From assembly GCA_963635575.1 (NCBI GenBank), contig CAVHFU010000011.1, positions 1 through 32,000 of the forward strand: a stretch of 32,000 bases of DNA. The letters run 5' to 3'. The notes beneath the pieces were generated by a model. It had not been told where the DNA came from. It was given only the letters and a program-made list of their open reading frames with translations, and ran no database searches. This DNA is from a bacterium. GTDB lineage: Bacteria > Bacillota > Clostridia > TANB77 > RGIG9151. This document shows positions 1-8,915 of the stretch, piece after piece. The translations under genes and the position numbers were made by a program. Position 1 is the first letter of the stretch. The number at the start of each line of letters is the position of its first letter.

Positions 1-63
1 GAAAGGGTATGTTTATATAGTTGTTTTTGACCTTATAAACATATTATACGAGGAGAATAAATT

Positions 64-2265
64 ATGAAAAAAGTTTTGCTAAAAATAGACGGAATGACTT
101 GTTCGGCTTGCTCGTCAGGATTAGAAAAATACCTAAACAAGCAAGAAGGAATAAAAGAGGCAACTGTAAACCTTATAATGAATAATGCAAGTGTAGAGTA
201 TGACGAGAGTAAATTAACTCTTGACCAAGTGGAAAAATTCGTAGAAAAGGCGGGGTTTGTTAGTCTTGGAATTGACAATTTTGAAAGAGAAGAACATAAA
301 AAATCAAATGAAAAGTACAAGCTTATTTGGATTTCTGTAATTTCGATTTTAATTTTATATGTGTCAATGTCACATATGGTTGGCTTACCGGTTATACCAT
401 TTTTGCATATGATAAATCATCCAATTAATTATGCTGTTTCTCTACTTTTGATGACAATAATTGTTTTGTTTTTCGGAAAAGATATATTAAGAAACGGCTA
501 TAAAAATTTAGCTCACCGAACTCCTAATATGGATACGTTAGTAACAATAGGTGTCTTGGCAAGTTTTCTATATAGTATTTACGGAACAATTCAGATATTA
601 AACGGAAACACATCATATGTAGAAAAGCTTTATTACGAATCGGCTGCAATTGTAATATTCTTCATAAAGATAGGAAAATATGTTGAAAGTAAAAATAAAG
701 ATAAAACTAAAGAAGCTTTGCAAAACCTTATGACAATTACACCAAACAATGCAATAATTATACGAGACGGAAAAGAGATTACTGTTACATTAGATGAGAT
801 TCAAAAAGGTGATACGGTAATTTGCAAACCGGGTGGAAAAATAGCGGTTGATGGAGAAATAATTGAAGGTACGACACATATAAATGAGTCATTTATAACT
901 GGAGAAAGTGTACCAGTAAAAAGAGAAACAGGTTCAAAAGTAATAGCAGGAAGTATAAATTATGAAGGAACAATAAAGTACAGGGCTGAAAAAATAGGAA
1001 GAGAATCAACTGTTTCTGAGATAGTAAGACTTGTTGCAAATGCGACAACTACAAAAGCCCCAATTGCACAAATTGCAGATACAATAAGTGGGTACTTTGT
1101 TCCGGTTGTTTTAGCTATTTCAGCAGTGGCTTTTGTGTTATGGCTTGCTTTTACAAAAGATATTGCATTTGCAATTAATATTTTTGTAAGCATATTGGTA
1201 GTGGCTTGTCCTTGCAGCTTGGGACTTGCTACCCCTTTAGCAATAGTAATTGCTTCGGGAAATGCAAGTAAAAAAGGAATTTTGATAAAAACAAGCGAAG
1301 CATTAGAAAATGCACACAAGGTAAAAACAATATGTTTTGATAAGACAGGAACTTTAACAAAGGGCAATTTAAGCATATCAAAGATATATAATTACAGTAA
1401 ATTAGATGAAAAGGAATTACTTAGAAAAGTAGCTAGTCTTGAGAATAAATCTGAGCATCCGATAGCAAGAGCAATAGTAAATCATGCAAAACAAGAAAAT
1501 ATAGAGCTTGAAGAAATTAAAGAATTTGAGGCAATTGCAGGATATGGAGTTAGCGGAAAAACTTTAAATGGGGATAGCTTATTAATCGGAAACAACAAGT
1601 TAATGGAGGAAAATGGAATAAAAATTGAAAATCCGGAAGATGAGCAAAATCTTATACAAGACGGAAACAGCATTTTATTTGTAAGTATGAATGGAACGCT
1701 AATAAGTTTAATCGGTGTAAAAGATACACTAAAGGATAATGTTTGTGAGGTTGTAGACGAGTTAAAGCATAAGAATATTGACGTTGTAATGTTAACAGGT
1801 GATAATGAGAAAACGGCTGAGATTATTGCTAAGCAAATAGGCATCGACAAGGTAATTTCAAACGTTACACCAAAGGAAAAAGCAGAGAAAATAAAGGAAT
1901 TAAAGAAAAATGGAATGGTAATGATGTGTGGTGACGGAATAAACGATAGTGTTAGTTTAGTAACAGCAGATATAGGAGTTTCGATTTCATCAGGCACAGA
2001 TATCGCGATGGATTCAGCAAGTGTTGTGTTTATGAATGACAATATTGAGAAGATGAATGATTTGCTTGAAATAAGTAGGAAGACAATACGAAACATAAAG
2101 CAGAACTTGTTTTGGGCGTTTTTCTATAACGTATGTATGATACCTATTGCTTGTGGAATTTTAAAACCTTGGGGAATAGAATTAAATCCAATGATTGCGG
2201 CATTTGCTATGACGATTAGTAGTTTGACAGTTGTACTAAATGCATTAAGACTAAAGACAAAGTGA
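64..2265 (+). CDS. copA: Copper-translocating P-type ATPase (P1B type)
   Basis: 733-aa ORF. It has an N-terminal HMA metal-binding motif (GMTCSAC), a transmembrane CPC motif (ACPCSLGLATP), the phosphorylation site DKTGTLT and the hinge motif GDGINDS. An AGGAG RBS lies about 9 nt upstream of ATG 64. Confidence 0.95.
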   Translation: MKKVLLKIDGMTCSACSSGLEKYLNKQEGIKEATVNLIMNNASVEYDESKLTLDQVEKFVEKAGFVSLGIDNFEREEHKKSNEKYKLIWISVISILILYVSMSHMVGLPVIPFLHMINHPINYAVSLLLMTIIVLFFGKDILRNGYKNLAHRTPNMDTLVTIGVLASFLYSIYGTIQILNGNTSYVEKLYYESAAIVIFFIKIGKYVESKNKDKTKEALQNLMTITPNNAIIIRDGKEITVTLDEIQKGDTVICKPGGKIAVDGEIIEGTTHINESFITGESVPVKRETGSKVIAGSINYEGTIKYRAEKIGRESTVSEIVRLVANATTTKAPIAQIADTISGYFVPVVLAISAVAFVLWLAFTKDIAFAINIFVSILVVACPCSLGLATPLAIVIASGNASKKGILIKTSEALENAHKVKTICFDKTGTLTKGNLSISKIYNYSKLDEKELLRKVASLENKSEHPIARAIVNHAKQENIELEEIKEFEAIAGYGVSGKTLNGDSLLIGNNKLMEENGIKIENPEDEQNLIQDGNSILFVSMNGTLISLIGVKDTLKDNVCEVVDELKHKNIDVVMLTGDNEKTAEIIAKQIGIDKVISNVTPKEKAEKIKELKKNGMVMMCGDGINDSVSLVTADIGVSISSGTDIAMDSASVVFMNDNIEKMNDLLEISRKTIRNIKQNLFWAFFYNVCMIPIACGILKPWGIELNPMIAAFAMTISSLTVVLNALRLKTK

Positions 2266-2810
2266 AAAGAGGTAATAAAAATGGGAAAGAAAAAGGTTGT
2301 AAAGAAAAAACAGAAAATAAAGGAATGTTACTAGGAATATGCGTGGTACTAGTGGCAATAGTAATTATTTTTGGAGTAATAGCAACCGGCAAGTCAAGCA
2401 ATGCACAATCTGATTCGGATAGTAGCGATATATCGAAGTTGGTTGTCGATGAAAATGGAAATATAAATATAGATGTTACGAATGTATCAGACAAAGCAAC
2501 TTTTTATAATTACGATGCAGACGGTGTAACGATAGAACTATTTGCAGTAAAGGCATCTGACGGAACAATACGTACGGCTTTTAATACGTGCCAAGTTTGT
2601 AGTCCATCTCCTTTAGCATATTTCGTTCAGCAAGGAAAAGCTTTTATTTGCCAAAATTGTAAAAATTCATTTATGACAGATAAAATAGGAATAGAAAAAG
2701 GAGGATGTAATCCAATACCTATAACCGAGGCGGAAAGAATTGATTCTGGAAACACGATAACGATTACAAAAGAGTTTGTAGAAAGCTATAAAGAAAATTT
2801 CGATAAATAA
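2262..2810 (+). CDS. Cys-rich single-pass membrane protein, DUF2318/COG4393-like
   Basis: The GTG start overlaps the copA stop (GTGA), suggesting translational coupling. One N-terminal TM helix (LLGICVVLVAIVIIFGVIA) is followed by a soluble domain with CQVC...CQNC and GGCNPIP, a pattern I recall for DUF2318. ATG 2325 is an alternative start. Confidence 0.6.
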   Translation: MKRGNKNGKEKGCKEKTENKGMLLGICVVLVAIVIIFGVIATGKSSNAQSDSDSSDISKLVVDENGNINIDVTNVSDKATFYNYDADGVTIELFAVKASDGTIRTAFNTCQVCSPSPLAYFVQQGKAFICQNCKNSFMTDKIGIEKGGCNPIPITEAERIDSGNTITITKEFVESYKENFDK

Positions 2811-2882
2811 TAAAAAAACACTTACATCATTTCAAAAAAAGTGGTAATATACCATAGTAATGAAAATCAATGAGTAGCAGAA

Positions 2883-2923
2883 ATGTGTAAATCCAATTGA
2901 ATTTGGGTTTACACATTTTTTTT
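2883..2923 (+). terminator. Rho-independent terminator closing the copA operon
   Basis: The stem ATGTGTAAA / TTTACACAT is followed by a run of 7 T. Confidence 0.8.
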
Positions 2924-2954
2924 GCTTAATTTTTTAGAATAGGAGAGTTGAAGT

Positions 2955-4922
2955 ATGGAAGAGGTAAGTAAAAACAGTATGGCAAATGTTCCAATGAAGA
3001 AGTTGTTTTGGAAAATGGGGTTACCTATGATTATATCAATGGTATTACAGGCTTTGTATAATGTTGTAGATAGCATATTTGTAACTAATATGGGTGAAAA
3101 AGGTGTAATAGCCAATCAGGCATTAACAGTAGCATTCCCTATACAAATTTTAATTATAGCAATAGGTGTAGGAACAGGAGTAGGACTAAACGCATTACTT
3201 TCCAAAAGTTTAGGAGAGAAAAACTCTGAAAGAGTCAATAAAATTGCTGGAAACGGAATATTTTTAAGCATTTGTATATTTACTGTATTTTTGCTTTTTG
3301 GAATTTTTGGCTCAAGATGGTTTATAAGCCTTTTCGCAGAAGGAAATTCAGAAGTAATATCTATGGGAACAACATATTTACAGATTTGTTGTTGCTTTTC
3401 ACTAGGGGCAATAGGATATACAGTTTATGAGAGGTTTTTGCAATCGACAGGTAAAACAATGCTTTCAACAATATCTCAAATTGCCGGTGCAGTTACAAAC
3501 ATTGTTTTAGACTATGTATTTATTTATCCTTGCAAAATGGGAGTGGCAGGTGCTGCATGGGCTACAATAATAGGTCAATTTGTTTCTTTAGGATTTGCAA
3601 TGACATTTCACTATACCTTAAACAAAGAAATAAATGGCAATATAAAGTATATAAAGCCGGAATTTAGTTTAATAAGGGGCATTTATAATATAGGAATTTC
3701 AGCTGCAATTATGCAAACGTTATTGTCAGTAATGATGGCAGGGATGAATGCAATTCTTGGACTAGCACACGCAAATTCTACAATATTAGTAGGTTCATTT
3801 GGAATTTATTATAAAATTCAGCAAATTGCGTTATTTTCGGCATTTGGATTGTCCAATACAATTATTTCTATTTTGTCATTTAACTATGGAATGAAAGATA
3901 AAGAAAGAGTGAAAAAATGTATTAGATATGGAATAATAGACACATTTATAGTTACATTAATTTTAACAGGTATATTTGAAATTTTTGCCACTCCACTTTC
4001 TGGTTTATTTGGGCTAACAGGAGGTTCAACAGCAGAGATAATAAATATATGTGCAATAGCTTTAAGAATTGCAAGTATAGGCTATGTATTTATGGGATTT
4101 TCAATTGCGGTACAAGGTATATTGCAATCTTTAGGATATGCTATAAAGCCATTGGTAATTGCACTTTTAAGATTAGTAGTTTTCGTATTCCCAATAGCAT
4201 ATTTATTTACTTTGTCAAGTAATGTCACAAGTACAGTATGGTGGACATTCCCGATAGCTGAAATATTGACGGCAGTAATATCTCTTGCCATTTTGAAGAA
4301 GGCATATGATGAAAAGGTAGAAACAATAAAAGATGTAGCTTTAGTATCAATAAAATCAAATCCAAGATTGATTATATCTATAACTCGTGAACATGGAACA
4401 GGTGGAAAAGAAATTGCAAGAAGAGTGGCAGAGAAATTAAAAATTGGATTTTATGATAAGGAGGGAATAAAGAAATATGCTATTGCTCACTCAATGATTG
4501 AAAATAACTATACAGACGATGAACTTTATAAATTCTATTTATCATTGGATGCAGAAAAGGATTCTATAATCAAACAAGCTGAAACAATCAGAAAAATAGC
4601 ATCAGAAGAGGAATGTGTAATTGTTGGAAGAGGCGCAGATTATATATTAAAGGATAATTATAATTTAGTAAAAATATTCCTGTATGCTCCGATTGAGTAC
4701 AGAGTTGATAAAGTTAAAGAGATGTATAACGATACATATAAAGAAGCAAAAAAACACATATTAGATTCAGATAAATCAAGAGCATCATACTATGAGGTAA
4801 TTACTAACCAAGTATGGGGTCAGAAAGAAAATTATGATTTATGCTTGAACTGTGAAATTGGAAGTGAAAAAGTAGTAAACATTATATGCAGTTATATACA
4901 ACAAAGCGTAGAAAATAAGTAA
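2955..4922 (+). CDS. MATE-family efflux transporter fused to a C-terminal cytidylate-kinase-like (PF13189-type) P-loop domain
   Basis: 655-aa continuous ORF with an AGGAG RBS upstream. The first ~450 aa are 12-TM MATE-like (MGLPMIISMVLQALYNVVDSIFV..., repeated halves). The last ~200 aa begin IISITREHGTGGKEIARRVAEKLKIGFYDKE and end ENYDLCLNCEIGSEKVVNIICSYI. That matches the standalone cytidylate-kinase-like family pattern I recall (ISREYGSGG...PFYDKE...YDL.I.S). Confidence 0.8.
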   Translation: MEEVSKNSMANVPMKKLFWKMGLPMIISMVLQALYNVVDSIFVTNMGEKGVIANQALTVAFPIQILIIAIGVGTGVGLNALLSKSLGEKNSERVNKIAGNGIFLSICIFTVFLLFGIFGSRWFISLFAEGNSEVISMGTTYLQICCCFSLGAIGYTVYERFLQSTGKTMLSTISQIAGAVTNIVLDYVFIYPCKMGVAGAAWATIIGQFVSLGFAMTFHYTLNKEINGNIKYIKPEFSLIRGIYNIGISAAIMQTLLSVMMAGMNAILGLAHANSTILVGSFGIYYKIQQIALFSAFGLSNTIISILSFNYGMKDKERVKKCIRYGIIDTFIVTLILTGIFEIFATPLSGLFGLTGGSTAEIINICAIALRIASIGYVFMGFSIAVQGILQSLGYAIKPLVIALLRLVVFVFPIAYLFTLSSNVTSTVWWTFPIAEILTAVISLAILKKAYDEKVETIKDVALVSIKSNPRLIISITREHGTGGKEIARRVAEKLKIGFYDKEGIKKYAIAHSMIENNYTDDELYKFYLSLDAEKDSIIKQAETIRKIASEEECVIVGRGADYILKDNYNLVKIFLYAPIEYRVDKVKEMYNDTYKEAKKHILDSDKSRASYYEVITNQVWGQKENYDLCLNCEIGSEKVVNIICSYIQQSVENK

Positions 4923-5008
4923 ATCTAATTATTCATCAAAAATTCACAGTAAGAACACACAAATCATATTTCAATGCGATACAATAAAAACACAGGGGGG
5001 ATTTATCT

Positions 5009-6550
5009 ATGATAAATAAAAAAAGTATAGTGTCTATGTTGGTTGCATTAGCAATGCTATTTACATCTAACTATTCTTTGGCTGTAAATAGCAGTACAAA
5101 AATCGTATTGACGGACGATAACATTACCGTAAATGGCGAAGCAATATCTAAAAATTCAAGCGATGATGTATATCTTTCAAAAGATATGGATAATGGTGGA
5201 ACGAGTGAAGAAGCAAAAAAAGCTAACATTAGTGTAGATAATGTGATAAATATTAAAAAGAGCGGAACATATGAATTTAACGGAACTTTAACTGATGGTC
5301 AAATCGCAGTAGATACGAATAATATTAATGGTGATGTAGTTATTTTATTAAATAATGCAAATATAACTTGCAAAAATGCACCGGCAATTTTTGTTTATAA
5401 TAAAGAGACTGACTCATCAGTATGTAATGTAATTATAAAAACAGAAAAGAACAGTCAAAACTATATTTCGGGAGGACTAATAAAGCAAAGTGTTGAAAAC
5501 TGGACAGACCAAGAAAAAATCGTATATAGTATAGAAAAAAATTATAATGACGAAGGGCAATATTTTGAAAGATATAAGTATGATGGGGCAATTAGTTCAG
5601 ATATTTCGTTAACATTTGAAGGTGAAGGTACTTTAACTATCGAATCTCAAAGAGAAGGAATAGAAGTAAAAAGAAATATAATCATAAATAGCGGAAATTA
5701 TATTATAAATTCAACTGAGGACGGAATGAATGCTGCACAAGATAACGAAAGTATTATTACAATAAATGGTGGTACAATTCTTGTAAATACTGCAAAAGAC
5801 GGCCCGCAAGGCGATGGAATAGATTCAAACGGATACTTATATATAAATGGCGGAGAATTGTATATCTTTTCAAACCCTACATCACAAGATAGCGGACTTG
5901 ATTCCGACTTGGGTATATATATAAATGGTGGAAAAATCATAGCAACTGGAAATATGTATGATGAAATTAAAGAGGATTCAAAGCAAAATTCGGTTACTTT
6001 ACAGTTTAATAAGACAATAACTGCGAATACATTAATTACTTTAGTAGATGAAACTAATAATCCGGTAATGGCATTTGAAACGGATAGGGATTATATGGTT
6101 ATGACCTTTAGTGTACCTGGACTTGAAGGAAAAAATTATACAGCATACGAAGGTGGAAAAGTTGAAGGCACAAAAGTAAATGGACTTTATACAGAAATGA
6201 CATCCTATACACTAGGTACTAAGATAGATTCACAGGTTTTAACAGGAAGTTCGCGCCCCTTTGGAGGGAAAATGGATTTTTCAAATAGAGCTACTGTGAA
6301 TATAGGTTTAGTAGTCAGTATGGGCATATTATTTACCTTAGCTTTGGTGGGGGCGATAGTTTTAATAATTATGAAAAAAGGAAATATAGCATCTTTATTA
6401 TTAGGACTTTTAGCCGGAGTATCCATTACTATAATGATAGTTTCAATCTTAAATGTAGGTAAACCACAAATGCCTAGAGAAAATGGTGAATTTGGCAGAC
6501 CACAAATGAGTGAATTTAATGATCAAAGACCACCGGAATCAAGAAGATAG
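5009..6550 (+). CDS. Secreted, membrane-anchored beta-helix protein, Cthe_2159-like carbohydrate-binding family
   Basis: It has an N-terminal signal peptide (IVSMLVALAMLFTSNYSLA). Repeated motifs are typical of the Cthe_2159 (PF14262) family: SGTYEFNGTLTDGQIAVDT, ITINGGTILVNT, LYINGGELYIF, IYINGGKIIATG. The C-terminus has two TM helices and a Pro/Gln-rich tail (GKPQMPRENGEFGRPQMSEF). Confidence 0.7.
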   Translation: MINKKSIVSMLVALAMLFTSNYSLAVNSSTKIVLTDDNITVNGEAISKNSSDDVYLSKDMDNGGTSEEAKKANISVDNVINIKKSGTYEFNGTLTDGQIAVDTNNINGDVVILLNNANITCKNAPAIFVYNKETDSSVCNVIIKTEKNSQNYISGGLIKQSVENWTDQEKIVYSIEKNYNDEGQYFERYKYDGAISSDISLTFEGEGTLTIESQREGIEVKRNIIINSGNYIINSTEDGMNAAQDNESIITINGGTILVNTAKDGPQGDGIDSNGYLYINGGELYIFSNPTSQDSGLDSDLGIYINGGKIIATGNMYDEIKEDSKQNSVTLQFNKTITANTLITLVDETNNPVMAFETDRDYMVMTFSVPGLEGKNYTAYEGGKVEGTKVNGLYTEMTSYTLGTKIDSQVLTGSSRPFGGKMDFSNRATVNIGLVVSMGILFTLALVGAIVLIIMKKGNIASLLLGLLAGVSITIMIVSILNVGKPQMPRENGEFGRPQMSEFNDQRPPESRR

Positions 6551-6582
6551 AATTAACATGCAGAAAAAATGAATTAATTTGT

Positions 6583-6611
6583 TTGACATAGCAATATAAT
6601 TTATGTAAAAT
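6583..6611 (+). promoter_or_regulatory. SigmaA-type promoter for nfnAB
   Basis: TTGACA (6583-6588), a 17-nt spacer, then TAAAAT (6606-6611), about 37 nt upstream of ATG 6649. Confidence 0.6.
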
Positions 6612-6648
6612 GAATGGGGGATATTTAGTATAAAGAGGTGGTTAATTT

Positions 6649-7491
6649 ATGTATAAGATAGTAAAAAAAGAACTACTAAATCCAACTGTATGTAAGATGG
6701 TAATTTCAGCCCCTTTAGTTGCAAAAAAGGCTGAACCCGGTCAATTTATTATACTTAGAACAAATAACGATAGTGAGAGAATTCCTCTCACTATTGCTGA
6801 TTTTAACAGAATAGAAGGTACTGTAACTATCATTTACCAAATTGTCGGTGGAAGTACAATGGAACTAAACAGAAAAACGGAGGGTGAATATATAGAGGAT
6901 TTTGTTGGACCTTTAGGTGTTAAAAGTAAACTAGAAAATCTGAAAAAAGTTGCCATTGTTGGTGGCGGGGTAGGTTGTGCAATTGCATATCCTGTTGCTA
7001 AAAAGCTAAATGAAATGGGAGCTGAAGTCCACGCAATAGTTGGCTTTAGGAATAAAGATTTAATTATATTAGAGGATGAATTTAAGAAAGTAAGCGATAA
7101 GTTTGTAGTTATGACGGATGACGGAAGCTATGGCGAGATGGGACTGGTAACTAACGCGCTTGAAAAATTGATTGTAGACGGTAACAAGTACGATGAGATT
7201 TTTGCTATTGGACCTGTTATAATGATGAAATTTGTAACTGAAGTTGCTAAAAAATACGGCATAAAAATTACTGTAAGCATGAATCCGATTATGATTGACG
7301 GAACAGGAATGTGTGGTGGGTGTAGACTTACAGTTGGTGGCGAAACTAAATTTGCTTGTGTTGATGGCCCGGATTTTGACGGAGCATTAGTAGACTTTGA
7401 TGAAGCAATGAAACGTGGAAGCATGTATAAAGAGTTTGAGGCTCATGCACGTGAAAAAGAATGTAACTTGCTTAAAAAGGAGGTAAACTAA
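6649..7491 (+). CDS. nfnA: NADH-dependent reduced ferredoxin:NADP+ oxidoreductase subunit A (sulfide dehydrogenase-like FAD/[2Fe-2S] subunit)
   Basis: 280 aa. It has a ferredoxin-reductase-like fold with the C-terminal Cys cluster GMCGGCRL...FACVDGP. It sits immediately upstream of the GltD-like partner with a 1-nt gap. Confidence 0.85.
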   Translation: MYKIVKKELLNPTVCKMVISAPLVAKKAEPGQFIILRTNNDSERIPLTIADFNRIEGTVTIIYQIVGGSTMELNRKTEGEYIEDFVGPLGVKSKLENLKKVAIVGGGVGCAIAYPVAKKLNEMGAEVHAIVGFRNKDLIILEDEFKKVSDKFVVMTDDGSYGEMGLVTNALEKLIVDGNKYDEIFAIGPVIMMKFVTEVAKKYGIKITVSMNPIMIDGTGMCGGCRLTVGGETKFACVDGPDFDGALVDFDEAMKRGSMYKEFEAHAREKECNLLKKEVN

Positions 7492-7492
7492 T

Positions 7493-8884
7493 ATGCCAAA
7501 CATGGAGCCCAATAAAACTAAGATGCCTGTTCAAGAAGCAAACATAAGAAATAAAAATTTTGATGAAGTAGCATTAGGATATACATTTGAACAAGCAGTG
7601 AATGAAGCTAAGAGATGCTTAAATTGTAAAAACAAGCCATGTCAGTCAGCGTGTCCTGTGGCTATAAATATACCGGCTTTTATAGAAAGAGTAGCAAATG
7701 AAGATTTGGAAGGCGCATATGATATTATTTCGCAGTCTAGCTCATTACCAGCGGTTTGTGGGAGAGTATGCCCACAAGAAAACCAATGCGAAGGGAAATG
7801 CGTAAGAGGAATTAAAAATGAACCGGTTGGAATAGGAAGATTAGAGAGATCTGTTGCAGATTATCATAGAAAAAACTGTACTAAGAATCCAAAAGTCCCT
7901 GAAAAAAACGGACATAAAGTAGCAATTATCGGTTCGGGCCCTTCTGGACTTACTGTTGCGGGAGATTTAGCAAAAATGGGATACGATGTAACTATTTTTG
8001 AAGCTTTGCATTTAGCCGGTGGAGTTTTAGTATATGGAATACCTGAGTTTAGATTACCTAAAAATATAGTTGAAAGTGAGATAGATAATTTAAGGAAGTT
8101 AGGTGTAGATATAGAAACTAATGTCGTGATTGGAAAAACAATTACGATTGATGAACTATTTGAAAGTGGCTATGAGGCAGTTTATATTGGAACAGGAGCA
8201 GGATTGCCTAGGTTTATGAATATACCTGGAGAAAGTTTGAAGGGTGTTTATTCTGCAAATGAATTTTTAACTAGGATTAATCTTATGAAATCATATAAAG
8301 AAGACTCAAGGACACCCATAAAACGCGGAAAAAATGTAGCCGTTGTTGGGGGCGGTAATGTGGCAATGGATGCTGCAAGATGTGCTAAACGTCTTGGAGC
8401 TGAAAATGTGTACATAGTTTATCGTAGAAGTGAGAAAGAACTTCCGGCACGTTTTGAAGAGGTAGAACATGCTAAAGAGGAAGGAATTACTTTTAAGACA
8501 CTTACTAATCCGATTGAGATTTTAGGTGACGAAAATGGAAATGTAGTCGGTATTATTTGCACTGAAATGGAGCTTGGTGAACCTGATGAGAGCGGAAGAA
8601 GAAGCCCTGTTGTAAAGGAAAATTCAGATTTTAAAATTGATGTAGATACTGTGATTATGGCAATAGGAACTAGTCCTAATCCACTTATTAGCAGTACAAC
8701 AAAGGGACTTGAGATAAATAAAAGAGGGTGCATTGTTACGAAAAGTGAGTATGGGGAAACTAGTCGTGACGGTGTGTTTGCCGGTGGAGATACTGTTACA
8801 GGAGCTGCAACGGTTATATTGGCTATGGGAGCGGGAAAAAATGCAGCTAAAGCTATTGATGAATACATAAAAAAGGTGGACTAA
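7493..8884 (+). CDS. nfnB: NfnB / homotetrameric-type glutamate synthase (NADPH) small-chain-like subunit
   Basis: 463 aa. The N-terminus has two Cys clusters (CLNCKNKPCQSACP, CGRVCPQENQCEGKC). Two Rossmann motifs are present (IIGSGPSGL, VVGGGNVAMD). Confidence 0.85.
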   Translation: MPNMEPNKTKMPVQEANIRNKNFDEVALGYTFEQAVNEAKRCLNCKNKPCQSACPVAINIPAFIERVANEDLEGAYDIISQSSSLPAVCGRVCPQENQCEGKCVRGIKNEPVGIGRLERSVADYHRKNCTKNPKVPEKNGHKVAIIGSGPSGLTVAGDLAKMGYDVTIFEALHLAGGVLVYGIPEFRLPKNIVESEIDNLRKLGVDIETNVVIGKTITIDELFESGYEAVYIGTGAGLPRFMNIPGESLKGVYSANEFLTRINLMKSYKEDSRTPIKRGKNVAVVGGGNVAMDAARCAKRLGAENVYIVYRRSEKELPARFEEVEHAKEEGITFKTLTNPIEILGDENGNVVGIICTEMELGEPDESGRRSPVVKENSDFKIDVDTVIMAIGTSPNPLISSTTKGLEINKRGCIVTKSEYGETSRDGVFAGGDTVTGAATVILAMGAGKNAAKAIDEYIKKVD

Positions 8885-8898
8885 AGTCCACTTTTTTT
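8871..8898. terminator. Bidirectional hairpin terminator between convergent nfnB and topA
   Basis: The GTGGAC-TAAA-GTCCAC stem-loop is flanked by an A-run upstream and a T-run downstream. The nfnB stop codon lies in the loop. Confidence 0.75.
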
Positions 8899-8915
8899 AT
8901 CCAAAACATATGTTT

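Noticed and set aside
1-63. A possible CsoR/CopY operator or promoter upstream of copA (GGGTAT near position 5; TTGACC at 27-32).
   Set aside because: Any palindrome would be cut by the window edge. No -10 hexamer lies at a workable spacing from TTGACC, so this is not supportable.
33-2494. Minus-strand ORFs inside copA (33..320, 960..1376, 1482..2096, 2216..2494). Similar antisense or alternate-frame ORFs occur elsewhere: 5698..5940, 7128..7424, 8419..8868, 9361..9543, 10381..10920, 11313..11546, 11619..11963, 14165..14551, 15294..15718, 19616..19875, 22231..22622, 24200..25503, 26259..27251, 29710..30293, 30502..30801 and 31516..31710.
   Set aside because: Each lies wholly within a longer ORF that carries recognisable family motifs. 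They lack an RBS and have low-complexity, Ser/Ile/Phe-rich translations typical of shadow frames in AT-rich DNA.
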